Origin: an uncultured delta proteobacterium
GTDB taxonomy: Bacteria > Desulfobacterota > Binatia > UBA9968
DNA: 64,000 nt
Direction of reading: 5' to 3'
NCBI GenBank assembly: GCA_963745835.1
Contig: CAVUZH010000013.1
Location: forward strand, 64,001-128,000
Shown here: positions 60,861 through 64,000 of the stretch, piece after piece
Position numbering within the stretch: the stretch's first letter is position 1
Layout: each line of letters starts with the position of its first letter
The notes under the pieces: model-generated
The model's database searches: none
Told to the model about the DNA's origin: nothing
Seen by the model: the letters and a program-made list of their open reading frames with translations, nothing else
Made by a program: the position numbers and the translations under genes

Positions 60861-60967
60861 GATTGATCTCCTTCGTCCTCGATTGTAACCCCCTTACATG
60901 GAACGCTCTGGCAACCGGGAGCTTCGGTCGGGCATTCCTCATGCGGAAGTCGAGCCATGCGGGACGG

Positions 60968-61372
60968 TTACTCGGCGATCTCGTCATAACCGCGCCCGAC
61001 AAACTGCACAAAACAAAAACCATGGCCGAACGGATCAGCCATAAGCGCGAGCTTGCCCCACCCGAATACCTGGATGGGCTTTTCTAGCACCGCTCCGGCT
61101 AAGACAGCTCGCTCTACCGCCGGCTCGATTTCATCGACGACAAAATCGAGATGCACCGGCGTCCAATGCCGCTGATAGGTTCGGGCCACCGAAGTTGTCT
61201 CCGCGGGCGCGGTTGCTGATCTCTCCAGGAGATATATTGGAGACGAACAGCCAAGCATCTCCAATCCGACGGCGCCGAGGCGGCGGCCGGCTCTCAGTCC
61301 GAATACAGAACTGTAAAAGCGCGCCGCCTTATCAAGATCATCAACGTCCAAATTCACCAGGAGATCGCTCAC
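60968..61372 (-). CDS. VOC family protein
   Basis: NLDVDDL, WTPVHLDF, ADPFGHGFC. Confidence 0.85.
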   Translation of the reverse strand: MSDLLVNLDVDDLDKAARFYSSVFGLRAGRRLGAVGLEMLGCSSPIYLLERSATAPAETTSVARTYQRHWTPVHLDFVVDEIEPAVERAVLAGAVLEKPIQVFGWGKLALMADPFGHGFCFVQFVGRGYDEIAE

Positions 61373-61400
61373 GCCGTCGCCTATATGCCGCTGGACGCAT

Positions 61401-61748
61401 TCACAACGACCGCCCGTCGAAGTTCTGAACCGGAACGCTTGCCAGGTCAATCCCTTCGATGCACCGAAGATTTATGGCGGCAATCTTGTTTCCGTTGGGA
61501 TCGATGCCTTCACCGTATGGATGGATGCCGCATGTCTGACAAAAGCGGTGTTTGATCACCTGCTTGTTGAACGTGTAGGTTCCGATGTCCTTTTCCGGCG
61601 TGAGCACAGTCAACTGTTCGCGGGGCACAAACCACAAGAGCGATCCCTTGCGCGAACAGATCGAACAATTGCATGCCATCGCCGCTTTAATTTCGCCTTC
61701 AGCTTCAAATGCAATCTTACCGCAGTGACAGCTGCCCTTATACTTCAC
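61401..61748 (-). CDS. GFA family protein
   Basis: GSCHCG, CNCSIC, FCQTCG. Confidence 0.92.
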   Translation of the reverse strand: MKYKGSCHCGKIAFEAEGEIKAAMACNCSICSRKGSLLWFVPREQLTVLTPEKDIGTYTFNKQVIKHRFCQTCGIHPYGEGIDPNGNKIAAINLRCIEGIDLASVPVQNFDGRSL

Positions 61749-61790
61749 ATGAGCTCTCCTTATTCGGCTTTTGACGTCATTGTTATCCTT

Positions 61791-62393
61791 TTATTGAAAA
61801 TAAGCTTCGGCAGCATCTCTCTGCCAGCGACTCAATGGTTTAACGTTATCCCGCTCTTGTTCGATGCCGACTTCGACAACTGATTTCATTTGCGCTAAAC
61901 CCTGCTCGAATTGAGCGCCAATCATTTTGTCCATGTTCATGAACAGATGGATAGCCTTGGCCATGAAATTGTTTTTGCCCGTCATGCTCCATGTCACCGC
62001 TGTTTGATCGCCCTCGGGTCTAAATGTGAATTCCGCAACGTTGGTGGCTGCAAACGGTCTGAAAAACTCGAGGTTGATCCGGATCAGATCGTTCGGACGG
62101 CTCTCAATGATCGTCATGCGTCCTTCTCCTACCTCTTTGTTACCAGTCCAGGTGTAGACAGCGCCAGTCCCGGCGGGGGCGCCCTGGTATGTTTGCTTCA
62201 TCGTTGGATCCAATTTCCCCCATGGGTTCCATGCTTCCCACTTATGGAAATCATTGACATGGGCAAATACCGCCGGCGCCGGCGCACGCATCTTGATCGT
62301 CCGCGCAACACGAAATTCCGAAGATTGCAAAGCCACGATGCCGGCAAAAACGACGACAACAATTGGCATAACCATGAGAATTTTAGTCACCAT
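61791..62393 (-). CDS. SRPBCC family protein with N-terminal anchor
   Basis: WEAWNPW, GAVYTW, VGEGRM, FEQGL. Confidence 0.88.
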   Translation of the reverse strand: MVTKILMVMPIVVVVFAGIVALQSSEFRVARTIKMRAPAPAVFAHVNDFHKWEAWNPWGKLDPTMKQTYQGAPAGTGAVYTWTGNKEVGEGRMTIIESRPNDLIRINLEFFRPFAATNVAEFTFRPEGDQTAVTWSMTGKNNFMAKAIHLFMNMDKMIGAQFEQGLAQMKSVVEVGIEQERDNVKPLSRWQRDAAEAYFQ

Positions 62394-62456
62394 AAGATTC
62401 CCTTACCGGCGGCGCCCAGCGCAACACCTGGATGAACGATGTTACGTCCTCAGTTC

Positions 62457-62879
62457 CTAGTTGATTGCCCTTAGCGGTTCTTTTACCTCGGTTGGCTCCA
62501 TGTAGACCAGCTCCCATATGTGACCATCCAGATCCTGAAATCCGTGAGCATACATAAAACCATGGTCTTGGGGTTCATTGTAGGTTGAGCCTCCGTCGGC
62601 GACCGCCTTCGCAACCATTTGATCGACTTTTGCCCGGCTCTCCAGAGATAAGCACACCAGCACTTCTGTATATTTACCAGCGTCGCAAATCTGTTTGGGC
62701 GTAAAGGTCTGAAACTTTTCTTCAGTTAACAGCATGACGAATATGTCCTCATTCACCACCATGCATGTGGCAGTCTCATCGGTATATTGTTTGTCAAAAC
62801 TGAAGCCAAGTTTGGTGAAAAACTCCACGGACCTGTCTAGGTTCTTAACCGGTAGATTCACAAATATTTTAATCGGCAT
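62457..62879 (-). CDS. VOC family protein
   Basis: IFVNLPV, DHGFMY, DLDGHIWE; GAAGGAG RBS before ATG 62879. Confidence 0.9.
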   Translation of the reverse strand: MPIKIFVNLPVKNLDRSVEFFTKLGFSFDKQYTDETATCMVVNEDIFVMLLTEEKFQTFTPKQICDAGKYTEVLVCLSLESRAKVDQMVAKAVADGGSTYNEPQDHGFMYAHGFQDLDGHIWELVYMEPTEVKEPLRAIN

Positions 62880-63012
62880 GTTTTCTCCTTCTGAAGGTTG
62901 TACAGGATCGAGAGTCATCAACGGCGTCAAGCCGATGCTGCCGGCTGAAAACGGAGCCCAGCCGCGGGCCGCATCCGCTAACAATCGAACAATCAGCCCA
63001 CTCAAACCTCAG

Positions 63013-63309
63013 CTAGCCACCGGCAATGGCACCCACGATCATAAAAGGCTGCGCTCCGGTGGCGATCGCCTCCGGCAGCGGCGTATCCGGCGACTCGTGA
63101 GACAGGTCCTCCCCGCAGGCGAAGAATCTAACGAAGGCACGGCGCTTGCCGTTGGCGTGGTCTCGAATAGTTCCACGCAACATTGGATAACGCGCTTCGA
63201 GCGCATCGAGAATTGAGCGCTGCGTGATCTGACCCGCGATTTCGAGGGACACTTCGCCGTCAACGTGGGCGAGCTTGCGCAGATGTGCTGGCAATACAAC
63301 TCGTATCAT
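63013..63309 (-). CDS. MoaD/ThiS-family ubiquitin-like protein
   Basis: Beta-grasp size, C-terminal AIAGG di-glycine, GGAG RBS. Confidence 0.9.
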   Translation of the reverse strand: MIRVVLPAHLRKLAHVDGEVSLEIAGQITQRSILDALEARYPMLRGTIRDHANGKRRAFVRFFACGEDLSHESPDTPLPEAIATGAQPFMIVGAIAGG

Positions 63310-63346
63310 GACTTATTACTCTCCTATAATAAGAACTCCGTTTCCC

Positions 63347-63473
63347 GCGAGCGCTCAAAATGCCCCTTCCAGCAAGGCCGCAGCCAAGGAAAGCGCCGGA
63401 AGCGTAGTCTCTGAGCTACGTTGAGGACGCTTTCGAGGCGAGAACGCCGCTGGAGGTCATTTTCAGTGCTCGC
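63347..63473. repeat. MITE/REP-like intergenic element with imperfect terminal inverted repeats
   Basis: Left end GCGAGCGCTCAAAATG vs reverse complement of right end GCGAGCACTGAAAATG (14/16); internal CGTAG/CTACG hairpin. Confidence 0.6.
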
Positions 63474-63474
63474 T

Positions 63475-64000
63475 TCATGGCAGTGTCTGCACTTCCACGG
63501 AGAGTACCGGCGGCAGATCTCGGACGATAGGGGCCCAGCTGTCACCCGCGTCGACCGATGCGTATACCTGTCCGCCGGTGGTACCGAAGTAAACGCCGCA
63601 CGAGTCGAGCGAATCGACCGCCATCGCATCGCGCAACACGTTGACGTAGCAATCACTTTGCGGCAGACCTTTGGTGAGCGGTTCCCACTCATTACCGCCT
63701 GTGCGGCTGCGGTACACGCGCAGTTTGCCGTCAGGGGGGAAATGCTCCGAATCGCTCTTGATCGGCACAACGTAGATGGTATCCGGCTCGTGCGCATGCA
63801 CGTCAATCGGGAAACCGAAGTCGGTTGGTAAGTTGCCGCTAATCTCACGCCATGACTCACCGGCATCATCGCTGCGCATCACGTCCCAGTGTTTCTGCAT
63901 GAATAACACCCCGGGCCGGGACGGATTCATTGCGATGCGGTGAACACAGTGGCCCACCTCCGCCGTCGGCTCAGGAATGTAGAGCGAATGGAGGCCGCGA
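63475..64000 (-). CDS. BNR/Asp-box repeat (sialidase-like beta-propeller) protein, 5' part outside the window
   Basis: Asp boxes [24 protein letters not shown]; C-terminal LPPVLSV. Confidence 0.85.
   Translation of the reverse strand, partial: RGLHSLYIPEPTAEVGHCVHRIAMNPSRPGVLFMQKHWDVMRSDDAGESWREISGNLPTDFGFPIDVHAHEPDTIYVVPIKSDSEHFPPDGKLRVYRSRTGGNEWEPLTKGLPQSDCYVNVLRDAMAVDSLDSCGVYFGTTGGQVYASVDAGDSWAPIVRDLPPVLSVEVQTLP

Noticed and set aside
1-64000. Numerous long antisense or alternate-frame ORFs in the ORF track (e.g. 2794..3582, 22605..23390, 49546..50319, 59197..59811)
   Set aside because: They are shadows of well-supported genes in GC-rich DNA and carry no family motifs.

Overview
Bacterial chromosomal window. 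Gene content and style suggest a soil deltaproteobacterium such as Candidatus Binatia; this is inference. From left to right: (1) a convergent cluster of two HmgA-like bicupins, a 4,5-dihydroxyphthalate-decarboxylase-like protein, two catalytically atypical SDRs and an orphan SsuA/NMT1-type binding protein; (2) a PqqC/CADD-like oxidase, gor, an MFS transporter, an orphan ParB-like protein and a Cys-less maleate-isomerase-like protein; (3) a Tad/Flp pilus operon with a sigma-54 promoter and a downstream DsbA, divergent from a REC-GGDEF/histidine kinase/GT-C-like module and a sigma-54-preceded EAL phosphodiesterase; (4) housekeeping and lipid genes (etfAB, PaaA-like diiron protein, pncB, fabH, fabF, HDAC, tat, ArgDC, biotin-dependent carboxylase, Xaa-Pro peptidase, pgeF, aas, bioB, sirtuin); (5) a dense array of small VOC/GFA/SRPBCC/GST/DUF genes ending in a ThiS/MoaD-like and BNR-repeat pair. 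The most striking unannotated element is a standalone ~200-nt minus-strand transcription unit at 47029-47262. It has a near-consensus sigma-70 promoter, a 17-nt Shine-Dalgarno complementary to the 16S 3' end, a 14-codon CxxC ORF whose stop lies inside a structured (switch or pseudoknot-like) domain, and an intrinsic terminator. Four genes carry single-base frameshifts that are probably assembly indels. No rRNA, tRNA, CRISPR array or transposase was seen.
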